Assembly: GCA_963792965.1 (NCBI GenBank)
Contig: CAWBYW010000025.1
Coordinates: 11,843 to 75,842, forward strand
Direction of reading: 5' to 3'
DNA length: 64,000 bases
DNA from: an uncultured delta proteobacterium
GTDB taxonomy: Bacteria > Desulfobacterota > Zymogenia > Zymogenales > Zymogenaceae
The notes under the pieces were generated by a model that saw only the letters and a program-made list of their open reading frames with translations, had not been told where the DNA came from and did no database searches. Below are positions 1 to 10,455 of the stretch, one piece after another; position 1 is the stretch's first letter; each line of letters starts with the position of its first letter. The position numbers and the translations under genes are program-made.

Positions 1-157
1 CGCCTCTGAGTCTGTCGGCGACCGCCGCGATCTCATCCTGCCGCCGCCCCGTGATGATAAGGTCGAGCCCCTTCGCCGCCATGGCCCCGGCGAAGGCCTC
101 GCCTATGCCGCTGGTCGCGCCGGTTATGAGCGCGACGCCCCTGTGTGCCGAACGCAT
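1..157 (-). CDS. SDR family oxidoreductase, 5' part (continues beyond the window start)
   Basis: Manual translation MRSAHRGVALITGATSGIGEAFA...LIITGRR; TGxxxGxG motif; GGAGG RBS just upstream. Confidence 0.85.
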   Translation of the reverse strand, partial: MRSAHRGVALITGATSGIGEAFAGAMAAKGLDLIITGRRQDEIAAVADRLRG

Positions 158-311
158 CAACTACCTCCCGTTTATTCCTCATTGCCCAAGCGGGATGGGC
201 TTATCCCTCATATGGACGATACCACCACAACCATCCCGCCGCGAATCTGCTCTCTCATCCTCCGGACGTGCTACGAGCTGCGCCCTGGTTCCGACACAGG
301 TAGGCCCTGAG

Positions 312-376
312 TGATCTGCCCTCATTAACGATAGCAATGCTTAGCTTAGTCCATAGGCGTACGTTTCGTTTCTACC
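312..376. repeat. Repeat family A, copy 1 (about 65 bp)
   Basis: Aligns ungapped to 4470-4534 (50/65 identical by manual count) and to 5332-5391. Confidence 0.8.
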
Positions 377-492
377 GGCCTGCCCCCCCTTTCCGAGTCT
401 ATTTTACCTCAAACTCTAACGGGTAACGTGCACTCGCTTTCGGGGGGCGGGTCACTTTCTTGGCTCTTCTCAGATAGGTCGCTCTTCCATCT

Positions 493-684
493 TCACTTCC
501 GAGCGAGCCAATAGGCCCATAGGGACAACCCTAATGCAACCAGGAAGCCGCCGTAGGATATCGAATACGGCGGCGTCCACGTGCCGACCACGATAGGCCA
601 GTGATATATAAGCCTTAGCAAGTGAAGCAGCGCAACGAGAAGGAAGATGGACCCCGAAAGGATCAGATACAGCTTGCGGCTCAT
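493..684 (-). CDS. Small two-helix membrane protein
   Basis: MSRKLYLILSGSIF... with AGGAGG RBS; two hydrophobic segments. Confidence 0.7.
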   Translation of the reverse strand: MSRKLYLILSGSIFLLVALLHLLRLIYHWPIVVGTWTPPYSISYGGFLVALGLSLWAYWLARK

Positions 685-841
685 GGTATGCCTCCTACTT
701 AGTTCGTATAACACTCAGTATCATCGGACGGCGAAACGGACAATACTGAACTATGCGTCCCGAAGTATGTTATACTCCCTCCATAACGCCTCTGTCAATC
801 ATGAATATCAAGCCATTGAATTTATAAATCCCTAAGATCCC

Positions 842-924
842 ATAGGTCACCAACTAAAAAAGGGCTCACGCATCTGCGTAAGTCCTTGATCTTTCTATCA
901 GCGGGGACACGCTGTAATCAAAAA
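842..924. repeat. att-like junction copy: hairpin plus degenerate tRNA-fMet 3' fragment
   Basis: ataggtcac..aaaaaagggctcacgcatctgcgtaagtccttgat..gcggggacacgct..aatcaaaa; matches 3026-3108 and 5720-5788. Confidence 0.85.
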
Positions 925-1172
925 AGAAAAGATGAGGGTTCGGTATCTCCTGGACGTGTCAAATTCGCGGTGCAATTGAGATGATCCGGCGGCATAACAT
1001 GATCTGGGGCTTCGGCCCTCTTTTTTACTATTGCGCTTTTTCCTTGACTTCTTATACAAAGACTTTAAAATATTTAGGTTTTTATCCTTCTACAGGCAGC
1101 GATCCGGGCCGCCTCTCTTGTTCCTATGTGGTTTTGCGGCTTTCGAAGCGAACCTTTCTTAGGGAGACTTCT

Positions 1173-2926
1173 ATGGACAAACGAAAGGCATCATATTTCT
1201 CAATTTTAGTCATCTTTCTGATTGCCGTATTTACGTTCACGGCAGCGGCTCAGGACGTCATCTACATCTCGGAGCCCGACCTCGCCGAAACCCCGAAGAT
1301 CCTCCCCCGCATGGATGCGCCGCTCTGGAACATGGATTATCGCCACAACCCGGCGCTCCTGAAACTTGACTGCCCATACGAGTTTATCGACGACGCCTAC
1401 TACCTCGGTTCCGGGTGGAGCATCTCCTCGGAGTCTTTTAACGAGGGGTTTACGTACAACGGCCTGAGACCGGGATTCTTGACGAAGCACGTAGAGGACA
1501 AGTACCTCACGACGGTCCTGGGCACCGACGCCGGCTTTGCGCTAAATCTCAACGACCGATCGAACCTCGCCGTTATCTTCAACTATCGGTACGGCAACAC
1601 TAAAGGGGACGGCAACTTCTTCCTCATTTCCTCAGGTCCTACATTCACCGCCAGGGAGGACGGCTCAATCTCTCAGAAGCTCGAGACGCATGACTTCACC
1701 CTCTCGGTGCTCTACAGCCTGAAGATGAGTAACTCCCTCACCTTCGGGGCCGGGCTCAAGTACACCTATCGGGACGAGAGCTGGGACAGCGATACCTTCG
1801 GCCAGGGGATTGACGGTTCGTTCGTTCCCGCTAGTTTGTTTACTACTGACCTGAACCAAGACCTTGGACTCAGGTATAACATCGTCTCGCCCGTTCTCGG
1901 CGTCTCGCTCAAGCCCTCCGACCGCTTTAACATGGACGCCTGGCTTTCGGCCGGGTTCTACTTCGGGGACGTCCGGAAGAACTCGAACCTGTTCGAAAAC
2001 GCGTCCGGAGTCAATCCCCCCTACAGCGAAGACCTCGACTCGGGCGACGTCACCGGCTGGGAGATAAGCGCCTCCGTTCGGCCGGAGCTGGCGGTCACGG
2101 ACGCCCTCTCCATCCCCTTCGTCCTCGATTTCTCCTACCGCGACATCAAATGGGACGTGGGCGGTGCCTCCTTCGGCCGCCTCGCGCCCTACGACTACGA
2201 CCTGATCTACCACGACCAGGGCCAAATCAACTACGAGAACGACGAGTCGACCTGGCACGTGAAGGCCGGCGCGGGGCTGACCTACGACGCCGGGTGGGCG
2301 ACCCTGTCGGGCCTCCTCTCCTACACCCGATGGGAGTTCCTCAACACGTATGACCAGGAAAACAATATCACCCGTCCCTGGCTGACCGCGTATGCCCAGC
2401 GGGACACGGAGAGCCGCGACATCGTGGCGCTGGACGTGTCGGTTAAAAAGGAATTCTCCGAGATGCTGTCGGCCGACTTTTCCGCCGCATACCTCGTCGG
2501 CTGGGCGCATCGGAGGTATCAGATGACGTACCGGTCTCCGTGGGAGTCGATCTCCCCGCCCGATCAGCTCAAGGTCGTTGCCGACGGGTGGGACGCCTAT
2601 CAGGACTTGATCCTCTCGGCCACGATGAACCTCAAGCCGACGGAGCGCCTGAGCCTCTCGCTCATGGGTACCGTCACGATCCCCGTCAACGGCCTCGACT
2701 ACACCCTGCACGGCCTGGGAACGGGGATGAATAGCGCCCGCACCCTGGGTACCAGGGACGTCGAAATCGACGGCCCGGTGGTCCGGGAATACGAGGCCTC
2801 TGGCTGGGAGTGGGGCGCGCTCCTGTCGCTCACGCTACGAGTTCGGCTGCCCGGTAGCGACCCCGACCGATAGCGCCACCCGCACCCGTGGTTGAGCCCA
2901 AGCTCGAGCCGATGAGCATGAAGTAG
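1173..2926 (+). CDS. Exported protein, probable outer-membrane beta-barrel; C-terminus likely frameshifted
   Basis: Signal peptide MDKRKASYFSILV...AAAQD; many alternating aromatic/hydrophobic strands. ORF track ends at 2873; shifted frames give YEFGC and PAPVVEPKLEPMSMK* ending at 2926. Confidence 0.7.
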
Positions 2927-2953
2927 AGCGGTACTACAACAAGACATAGACAG

Positions 2954-2980
2954 AGAGGGGCGGCCAAAAGCCGCCCCTCT
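2954..2980 (+). terminator. Hairpin, probable terminator
   Basis: agaggggcggc-caaaa-gccgcccctct directly after the gene. Confidence 0.65.
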
Positions 2981-3025
2981 TCATTACATAAACCGCATTC
3001 TATCTTCCCAGCCCCTGAATAATCA

Positions 3026-3108
3026 TTATAGGTTAAAATAAAAAAGGACTCACGCTTTCAGCGTAAGTCCTTGATTATTCTGGTAGCGGGGACACGCTTC
3101 AATCAAAA
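3026..3108. repeat. att-like junction: hairpin plus 12-bp tRNA-fMet 3' end
   Basis: tggtagcgggga (3081-3092) is identical to 5777-5788 and is preceded by the same aaaaaggactcacgc..gcgtaagtccttga hairpin. Confidence 0.9.
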
Positions 3109-3205
3109 CAGACAACTCCTTGATGATATAGCCCCGCGCCCCGTAAAATTCAAGATGCTGAATCTAGATGACCTTATACACGATGCCGAGAGCCAACTTT
3201 AGCAT

Positions 3206-3230
3206 GGACTCGTTTCCGGTGGCAGGTCAG
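3206..3230. repeat. Repeat B, an inverted version of the family A core
   Basis: ggactcgtttccggtggcaggtcag; similar to 5596-5621 and 5688-5714, inverted relative to 4469-4493. Confidence 0.7.
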
Positions 3231-3240
3231 ATTTATCTTG

Positions 3241-4303
3241 TTACTTCCCGGGCCGCCTTCTTTTTTTTTGCCTATGTCGGTGAAGAGCCTTCCATGCGGG
3301 CCGAGGGTTTTCGCCTCTTTTCTGTGCATCAAATAATCCCATAGAACCGAAGTATGGCGAATCCTGGTCTTTGATAAATAGCCAGAAGACCCGCTTTACT
3401 CCGAATTCGAATGCTTGATGATACGCCTGCACTAGCCGCAACGCCTGCTTCTCAGGTGAGCCTGCATCCGTACGACCCCCGGTCATGGTAGGGCGGCTAA
3501 CATATCCGGTTTCTGTAATCCAAATAGGTTTACTTTGCACTCCCGTCTCCTCCATCAAGCCGTACGTGTGTTCCAAGTAACTGGTGAACGTCAGTCCGTT
3601 CGCGATAATCTCGCTCGGAAAGTAATAATCATGGACGCTTACAATATCAAATGCCCGGGTAGAGAGGATAGAATGAAGCCAAGTATCATAACGTTTCTTG
3701 GCTTCTTCTCGGGCCGCTTCCGTTTCTAAGTTAAAGATGATACCGCAAGCCATCGCCGACAATAGAACCTTAGAGTGCGGGTCATTCTTCTTAATCGACC
3801 GGTAACTTGCTTTTAGAAGTTCGAGATACTCTTCTAGTGTTCCTGACCAGAATCCCGGCGAATTCACCTCGTTCTCGATTTCATAATAGACGTGACCACC
3901 TCGGTAACGGTAAGCCAGTTTCCCCACAAAATCCTCCCATTCCGACATATCCCGCGGTGGTGATCCGCGTCGGTAGATGCCCAGTGCCTTACCAGGAGTT
4001 TTGGTGCCCCATAGCGAATCGGAAAGTAAGACGAACACGATTTCGATGTGGTCGGCCCGCGCCGCTTCTACTATTGCATCGGGCTCACTCCAGTCAAACT
4101 CCGCGGGAAGAAGTTACGACAATCTCCCACGATAGGCTTGTCCTAACCGTACCGACGCCAAGATCATGGGCGAGTTTCATATCGTCCTGAAAGGAACCGG
4201 GAAGGACATGTATGCCCGTGCGACTCCTTTCCTGTGCATAGATACCCCCCCACGATCCAAGAATCAGTAGCAAGGATACCAGACTCGTTATCAGTCTTCT
4301 CAT
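3241..4303 (-). CDS. Secreted clan GH-A glycoside hydrolase (GH39/GH5-like), frameshift near 4100
   Basis: Signal peptide; LGVGTVRTSLSW, then FDWSEPD in the shifted frame; catalytic-type motifs YEIENEVN and PIWITETG. Confidence 0.8.
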
Positions 4304-4469
4304 CTTATGATTCCGTTTCTATCCGGGTACAAACTATACATAAGATTATTATACATTCATTTTATCTATTTTGTTAAAACTGTATCACGTTCCCGCGTAA
4401 ACAGCGACTGGCCTCAGAATAGCCACCGCAACACTTTCGGCATACTCCCCCCGGATATCCTCGTTTCCC

Positions 4470-4534
4470 TGACCTGCCCCCGAGAACTGTACCAGTGTTT
4501 AAGTTAGTCCATAGGCGTATGTTTCGTGTCCACC
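4470..4534. repeat. Repeat family A, copy 2
   Basis: tgacctgcccccgagaactgtacc...ttagtccataggcgtatgtttcgtgtccacc. Confidence 0.8.
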
Positions 4535-4829
4535 TTCCGAAGGCTGGGGGGTATAATTTCAGCTCTCCTCCTCAAATGACCTCAAAGAAAATCCTAAGAC
4601 CTACCAACTACAAAATCGCCCTCAATTTCCGCCCCATCAATCCCGACTGGTTCTGGATGCTCTGGTGTATCTCTTTCGAGGATCCTTAAATCAGCTTTCT
4701 GCATGCCTCACACATAGGGATCTATATCCTATCTTATCACAAAAGGAGCACTCCAATCTTTAGCAGAGTCCATAAATACCATCGCCTGGTTTATACTCAT
4801 AGATATTCTGTTCTATTCCCTCAGTAACC

Positions 4830-5114
4830 CTAAGTTACGTCTTTTCTTTGTGTACTAAATTGCCGGACGGGCCTGTAGACCTTGAAATAGGCGCATATGA
4901 ACAGCACTGATACTTTTAGATAGACCCTCACGTAGACACAGTTTTTGCCCTTGTTTTCGCCGCTGGTGATGTAGTTCATACCGTATCTGACGACCTTCAG
5001 CTGTTTGGGACAGTCGTTGAAGATGACCTTAGCCGGTTGGACAATCCAGGCACTGGCATCGGCCAAAGTAACCATTAAGAAGAGCGTCAAGAGAAGAATC
5101 GTGACCTTTTTCAT
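4830..5114 (-). CDS. Small exported hypothetical protein, possibly truncated
   Basis: MKKVTILLLTLFLMVTLADASA signal peptide with GGAGGAG RBS. Confidence 0.55.
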   Translation of the reverse strand: MKKVTILLLTLFLMVTLADASAWIVQPAKVIFNDCPKQLKVVRYGMNYITSGENKGKNCVYVRVYLKVSVLFICAYFKVYRPVRQFSTQRKDVT

Positions 5115-5331
5115 ATTCCCACTCCTCCGGTAAGAAACGTAGAATATCAGACACCTTTCCATCACTTCTACAGCGCATAGCCCATTCGCTTTCGCTACGA
5201 AAGATAACTGAGCGAGTGCGATCTTGCCACATCCCTCTCCCGTCCGATGAATCGGGTACACTCCTCGACGCTGGCGGCTCTCCGTGCATCCAAGAAGTTA
5301 AACGGGTGGGAATACCTTAGGCATAGCCATA

Positions 5332-5391
5332 TGACCTCTTTCCATTAACGATACTAGTAGTTACTCTATAGGCGTGTGCTTCGCGTCCACC
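5332..5391. repeat. Repeat family A, copy 3 (5-bp deletion)
   Basis: tgacctctttccattaacgatac..ctataggcgtgtgcttcgcgtccacc. Confidence 0.7.
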
Positions 5392-5600
5392 TCCCCAAGA
5401 CCCGGGAAGTATGGTTTCGGGAACCGGGGAACGGTAACCAAGAGAACTGTGTAGCCCGATGGTTTTATACTCTCTTCGCAACTTCAATGACAAGACTTAG
5501 CTTCTAATAGCATATCGAAGCTCTCACTTATGTGCCCACCCTGACCTTGCCCTCCATTCAGAATATATTCTACCACAAATTCTAACTTTTAAAATGGACT

Positions 5601-5768
5601 CGTTTTCGGAGGTCAGGTCAGTCGAATTATAGGTCATCGACAAAAAAAGGACTTACGCTTCTGCGTAAGTCCTTGGTTTTACAGAACGAGTACCGTTTTC
5701 GGAGGTCAGGTCAGTCGAATTATAGGTCACCCACAAAAAAAGGACTCACGCTTCTAGCGTGAGTCCTT
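5601..5768. repeat. Tandem duplication (about 93-bp period) of repeat B plus the tRNA-downstream hairpin
   Basis: cgttttcggaggtcaggtcagtcgaattataggtca..caaaaaaaggact(t/c)acgcttct occurs at 5601 and 5694. Confidence 0.9.
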
Positions 5769-5776
5769 GATTTTTC

Positions 5777-5853
<77 letters not shown>

Positions 5854-6008
5854 ATATGGTTTGCAGACTATATCAATCCACGGCGGCCCTGTCAACTAAA
5901 ATGCCCGCCGATGCCGCAAAAAAGGCTCCCATCCAAAGAAAACCAACCCGCGGTCGAGCCGCTCACCTCACAAGAAACGATAGCAACGACCGGTCTCCCG
6001 GCATCTAT

Positions 6009-6206
6009 TTACTTATCGTCCGCCGCGCCGCCCGGCCCCTTTATCTCTTTCTTGGGCTCGTCCTCGTCGACGCTCTGAAGGCCTTTCTTGAAATTCCTGA
6101 TCCCCTTCCCCAAAGACGCCCCGAGCTCCGGGATCTTGCTCCCACCGAAGATTACCAGGGCGATCACCAAGATGAGGATTAACTCTGATGTCCCTAAGCC
6201 AAACAT
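6009..6206 (-). CDS. tatA: Twin-arginine translocase TatA/E
   Basis: [41 protein letters not shown]. Confidence 0.95.
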   Translation of the reverse strand: MFGLGTSELILILVIALVIFGGSKIPELGASLGKGIRNFKKGLQSVDEDEPKKEIKGPGGAADDK

Positions 6207-6330
6207 GAAACTCTCCTTTCACACTTTTTCGTACTATAGCATATTTCGATCGAGATGACAACTCTTTTTGACAAGACGGCCGCCGTTTTCGGCCCACCGC
6301 CTCTCTTTATCCACGCGCGGCCGGATATTT

Positions 6331-6763
6331 TTACCCCTGGGTGGGCTCGCTCCCCTTCCTCAGCAGCAATAACAGCTCTTCCGATATCCTGATGAGCCTG
6401 CCCGTCCGGTCGAGCGCGGCGTGCACCGTCCAGCCCGTCGCGTGTAATTTTCCCCCCTCGGCCCCTCGGATCTCATAGTCGAACCGGAGTGAGGCCTTCT
6501 TGATGAACGCAAGCCGCGAGACGATCTCGACAACTTCGTCGTAGACCGCGGGCGCGTGGTACTTCACGAACGCCTCCGTCACCGGATAAACGACGCCGGC
6601 TTCTTCCACTTCTTTATAGCTCACGCCCAGTCCGCGGAGGTATTCGGTCCTCCCGATCTCAAACCATCTCAGGTAGGTGCCGTAATAGGCAAACCCCATC
6701 GGGTCGACATCGGCGTATCGGACCCGCTCTCGGAACCTGTTTTCGTATTCCGTGTGCGCTCAC
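6331..6763 (-). CDS. YbgC/FadM-family acyl-CoA thioesterase (indel near the start)
   Basis: RVRYADVDPMGFAYYGTYLRWFEIGRTE; the likely GTG start overlaps an upstream TGA (GTGA). Confidence 0.85.
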
Positions 6764-7993
6764 AGTGTCCCCCTGAAGAATGCGTCTATGAGGGTGTGGC
6801 CTTCCCGGTATAAAGAGGCCCGTCTTTGCGCACGACGATTCATCAAAAGCAGCCGCCGCGCGTCCGGAGAGCCCCGCGCCGACGGCCGTAAACGGGACGG
6901 GATGCGCGCTGTGGGTGCGGATCGCGATCGGCGTCGGGTGATCGGGGAGAATCAGCGCCCGCCACCGCACAAACGCCCCCATCCCCGCGAGGATCGGGCC
7001 TACGACCTTCTCGTCGAATTGTTCGATGGCCCGTACCTTCAGGGCCGCGTCTCCGGCATGTCCTGCCTCGTCGGGGGCCTCCACGTGGAGGTAGACGAAA
7101 TCCTCCCCTGTTTTGAGCGCCGTCAAGGCCGCTTCCACCTTTCCCGCGTAATTCGTGTCGATCCATCCCGTGGCGCCGGGGACGGAAATTACCCTGAGGC
7201 CCGCGAGCAACCCCAGCCCCTGCACTAAGTCCACGGCCGAGATGACGGCCCCCTCTATCCCCCAGCGCTCTCGGAAGGTGACGAGCCTCGGCCGGCCCCC
7301 CTGCCCCCAGAACCAGGGCGAGTTTGCGGGAAGTTTTCCCTCCCTTTCCCTGGCACGGTTGACGGGGTGATGGGCCAGGAGCTGTTGGCCTTCCCGCATA
7401 AGGGAAAGGAGGCGGCCCGCGCCGTCTCCGTGGGGGAGGTAGGTGCCGATTTCCTTTCCGATGATGTCGTGCGGCGGGGTGGTGCCGATATCCTTTTTAC
7501 CGTTGGCCCACACCAGGATGTGGCGGTAAGACTTGCCGGGATAGATCCGAAACTCGTGGCTCCCCAGCATGCGGTCCAGCGCCGAAACGAGCGGGTGGGA
7601 GTCCGCATCAGGGATGTGCCCCGCCGAGTAGTCCACCATGGTGCGACGTCCGCCCGGTCCTTTCGGCTCGCTCAGCGTGACAAGGTTCATCCGGTAGGCT
7701 ACGTCGGAGTCCTTCAGCTCGATGCCGAGGCTCGCCGCCTCGACAGGCGCCCGTCCGGAGTAAAAACGGCGGGGGTCAAAACCCATGATAGAAAGGTTTG
7801 CCACGTCAGAGCCGGGAACGAACCCCTCCGGCACCGATTTCACCATTCCCGCGACGCCGGTTCGCGCCGCCCGGTCCATGTTCGGGGTCCGCGCCGCCTC
7901 AAGGGGCGTCCTGCCGCCGAGAGCCTCTATCGGCTCGTCGGCCATCCCGTCGCCCAGAAGAACGATATATTTGATCGGTGATGTTGCGTGCAC
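6760..7993 (-). CDS. apgM: ApgM-family phosphoglycerate-mutase-like protein (proposed homoserine kinase subgroup), C-terminal frameshift
   Basis: LLGDGMAD, PGSDVANLS, HVEAPDEAGH and PDHPTP motifs; directly downstream of thrC. Confidence 0.85.
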
Positions 7994-8041
7994 TCCACAC
8001 CTTCGCTCTGAAGTGTGCCCCGCAGATGCGCGGGACGACTC

Positions 8042-9100
8042 CTAAAGACCCATGACCCGCACCACCTCGTCTATCTCGGGACGGATCGTAAAGGTCTCTG
8101 GCGATACCCGGATGGCCGTATCCGGGTCTTTCAGCCCGTGGCCGGTCAGCGTGCAGACCACCACGTCCCCCTTCTTGAAGAGGCCTTTCGCCGCGACCTT
8201 TATCACCCCGGCCACCGAGGCCGCCGACGCCGGCTCGCAGAAGATCCCTTCCAGCGACGCGATCATTCGGTACGCCGCCAGGATCTCGTCGTCCGTCACC
8301 ATATCGATGAGCCCCCCCGACTCGTCCCGCGCCGCCGTCGCCCGCTTCCACGAGGCGGGGTTCCCGATCCGGATGGCCGTGGCGATCGTCTCCGGGTTCT
8401 TGACGGGCGCTCCCCGCACGATGGGTGCCGCGCCCTCGGCCTGGAAACCGATCATCCGAGGCCTGCGCGTGGCGATCCCATCTCTGTGGTACTCGGTATA
8501 GCCCATCCAGTACGCCGTGATGTTTCCGGCGTTGCCGACGGGAAGCGCATGATAATCGGGGGCGTCGCCCAGCACGTCGATGATCTCGAAGGCTGCGGTC
8601 TTCTGGCCCACGATCCGATCCTCGTTGAGTGAGTTCACCATCGTGATGGGGTGCTTCTCCGATATCTCCCGCACCAGCATGAGCGCCTCGTCGAAGTTTC
8701 CCTTGATCTGGATAACGGTGGCGCCGTGCATCACCGCCTGGGAGAGCTTTCCCATGGCGATCTTTCCCTCCGGGATCAACACGAAGGCCTTCATGCCGGC
8801 CTTGGCGGCGTACGCGGCCGCCGACGCCGACGTGTTGCCCGTGGAGGCGCAGATAACGGCCCGACTTCCCTCTTCCTTTGCCCGAGTGACCGCCACCGTC
8901 ATCCCCCGATCCTTGAATGAGCAGGTCGGGTTGAGGCCGTCATATTTGAGGTAGAGCTCGAGCCCGGGGGCAATCCGATCCCGAAGCCGGTCGGCCCTGA
9001 TCAGCGGGGTGTTTCCCTCGTGGAGCGTGACGGCCTTGCTCCGGTCCTTGACCGGGAGCCGGTCCCCGTAGCGGTCGATGAGTCCGTTGTATCCTTTCAT
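8042..9100 (-). CDS. thrC: Threonine synthase
   Basis: [41 protein letters not shown]. Confidence 0.95.
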   Translation of the reverse strand: MKGYNGLIDRYGDRLPVKDRSKAVTLHEGNTPLIRADRLRDRIAPGLELYLKYDGLNPTCSFKDRGMTVAVTRAKEEGSRAVICASTGNTSASAAAYAAKAGMKAFVLIPEGKIAMGKLSQAVMHGATVIQIKGNFDEALMLVREISEKHPITMVNSLNEDRIVGQKTAAFEIIDVLGDAPDYHALPVGNAGNITAYWMGYTEYHRDGIATRRPRMIGFQAEGAAPIVRGAPVKNPETIATAIRIGNPASWKRATAARDESGGLIDMVTDDEILAAYRMIASLEGIFCEPASAASVAGVIKVAAKGLFKKGDVVVCTLTGHGLKDPDTAIRVSPETFTIRPEIDEVVRVMGL

Positions 9101-9103
9101 GCC

Positions 9104-10441
9104 TCAGGCGCCTCCTTTCAGGGCGGTGTCCTCCACCCGAAACAAGATCGAGGGCCGGGCGATGATGTCAAGCGCGTCGATTTTAGCAAGAGCCGCCTTC
9201 ACGTCGCGCTCCCGTGCCTCGTGTGTCATCATGACGACCGGGACATCTTTGTGCCCTTCGGCTCTCCCCTTCTGGATGACGGAGGCGATGCTGATGTGGT
9301 GCTCACCCAATATTCCCGAAATCCCGGACAGCACCCCGGGCTTGTCGAGGGCGGAGAAGCGGAGGTAGTAGTTGGTGATCACCTCGTCCATCTTCTTGGG
9401 CTTGACGTGCGCGATATCCTCTTCGGAAAACGAGAGGGGGGGCACCCGCTTCTTGATGCCCGCGCTGACGTTTCGGGCAAGCTCCACGAGGTCGGAGACC
9501 ACGGCCGTGCCGGTGGGCATCATGCCGGCACCCTGCCCATACAGCAATATGGACCCCACCGCCAGCCCCCGGATATAGAAGGCGTTCATGTTGAGGTTCA
9601 CGTTGGAGAGAAGATAGCGGAAGGGGATGAGCGTGGGGTGCACCCGCGCTTCGATCCCGTCCGAGGTAAAAATAAGTATTGCAAGGAGCTTTATTTTGTA
9701 GCCCATTTCCTTGGCGAAGCGGATGTCCACGGCCTCGATCTTGGATATTCCTTCCACGTGGAGGTCAGCGTAGTCGATCTTCACCCCGTAAGTCAGCGGG
9801 ATAATGACGGCAAGCTTGTGGGCCGTGTCGTATCCCTCGATATCGAGCGTCGGGTCGGCCTCGGCGTAACCGAGCCTCTGGGCCTCCGAAAGCGCTGCGG
9901 AAAACTCCATGTTGTCGTCAGTCATGCGGGTCAGGATGTAATTGCAGGTGCCGTTCATGATGCCGAAGATGTACTGGATGCGGTCCCCGACGAGCCCTTC
10001 CTTGAGGGTCCTGATGATGGGTATCCCGCCACCGACGGCGGCCTCGAAGTTGACGTCCACCCCCACCCGATGGGCGGCGGCGAAGATGTCGTCGCCCGCT
10101 TCGGCCAGCAGCGCCTTGTTAGCGGTCACGACGTGTTTGGAGCTTGCGATGGCCGCCATGATGATCTCTTTGGCGATGTCGATGCCCCCGACCGTCTCGA
10201 CGATGATATCTATGCCGGGGTCCTCGATCACCTCCCTGAGGTTAGTGGTGAGCACCGTTTCGTCGATCGCGATGCCGCGGTCGCGCGTGATGTCGACGTC
10301 GCAGATCTTCTTGATGACGATCTCGGTCCCGAGACGCTCCTTTATGAGCCGGCGGTTTTCGACAAGGATCTTCACCACTCCCGATCCCACCGTGCCGTAC
10401 CCTATGATTCCGACGTTGACCGCCCGAGGTTTGCCAGCCAT
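9104..10441 (-). CDS. hom: Homoserine dehydrogenase with C-terminal ACT domain
   Basis: GYGTVGSG, VVTANKA, EAAVGGGIP, NGTCNYIL, GYAEADP, DKPGVL. Confidence 0.95.
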   Translation of the reverse strand: MAGKPRAVNVGIIGYGTVGSGVVKILVENRRLIKERLGTEIVIKKICDVDITRDRGIAIDETVLTTNLREVIEDPGIDIIVETVGGIDIAKEIIMAAIASSKHVVTANKALLAEAGDDIFAAAHRVGVDVNFEAAVGGGIPIIRTLKEGLVGDRIQYIFGIMNGTCNYILTRMTDDNMEFSAALSEAQRLGYAEADPTLDIEGYDTAHKLAVIIPLTYGVKIDYADLHVEGISKIEAVDIRFAKEMGYKIKLLAILIFTSDGIEARVHPTLIPFRYLLSNVNLNMNAFYIRGLAVGSILLYGQGAGMMPTGTAVVSDLVELARNVSAGIKKRVPPLSFSEEDIAHVKPKKMDEVITNYYLRFSALDKPGVLSGISGILGEHHISIASVIQKGRAEGHKDVPVVMMTHEARERDVKAALAKIDALDIIARPSILFRVEDTALKGGA

Positions 10442-10455
10442 ACGAGACTCCCGTT

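Noticed and set aside
4094-4096. TGA splitting the glycoside hydrolase (likewise 39371 and 40120) as a selenocysteine codon
   Set aside because: Homology continues in a different frame, so these are frameshifts, not readthrough.
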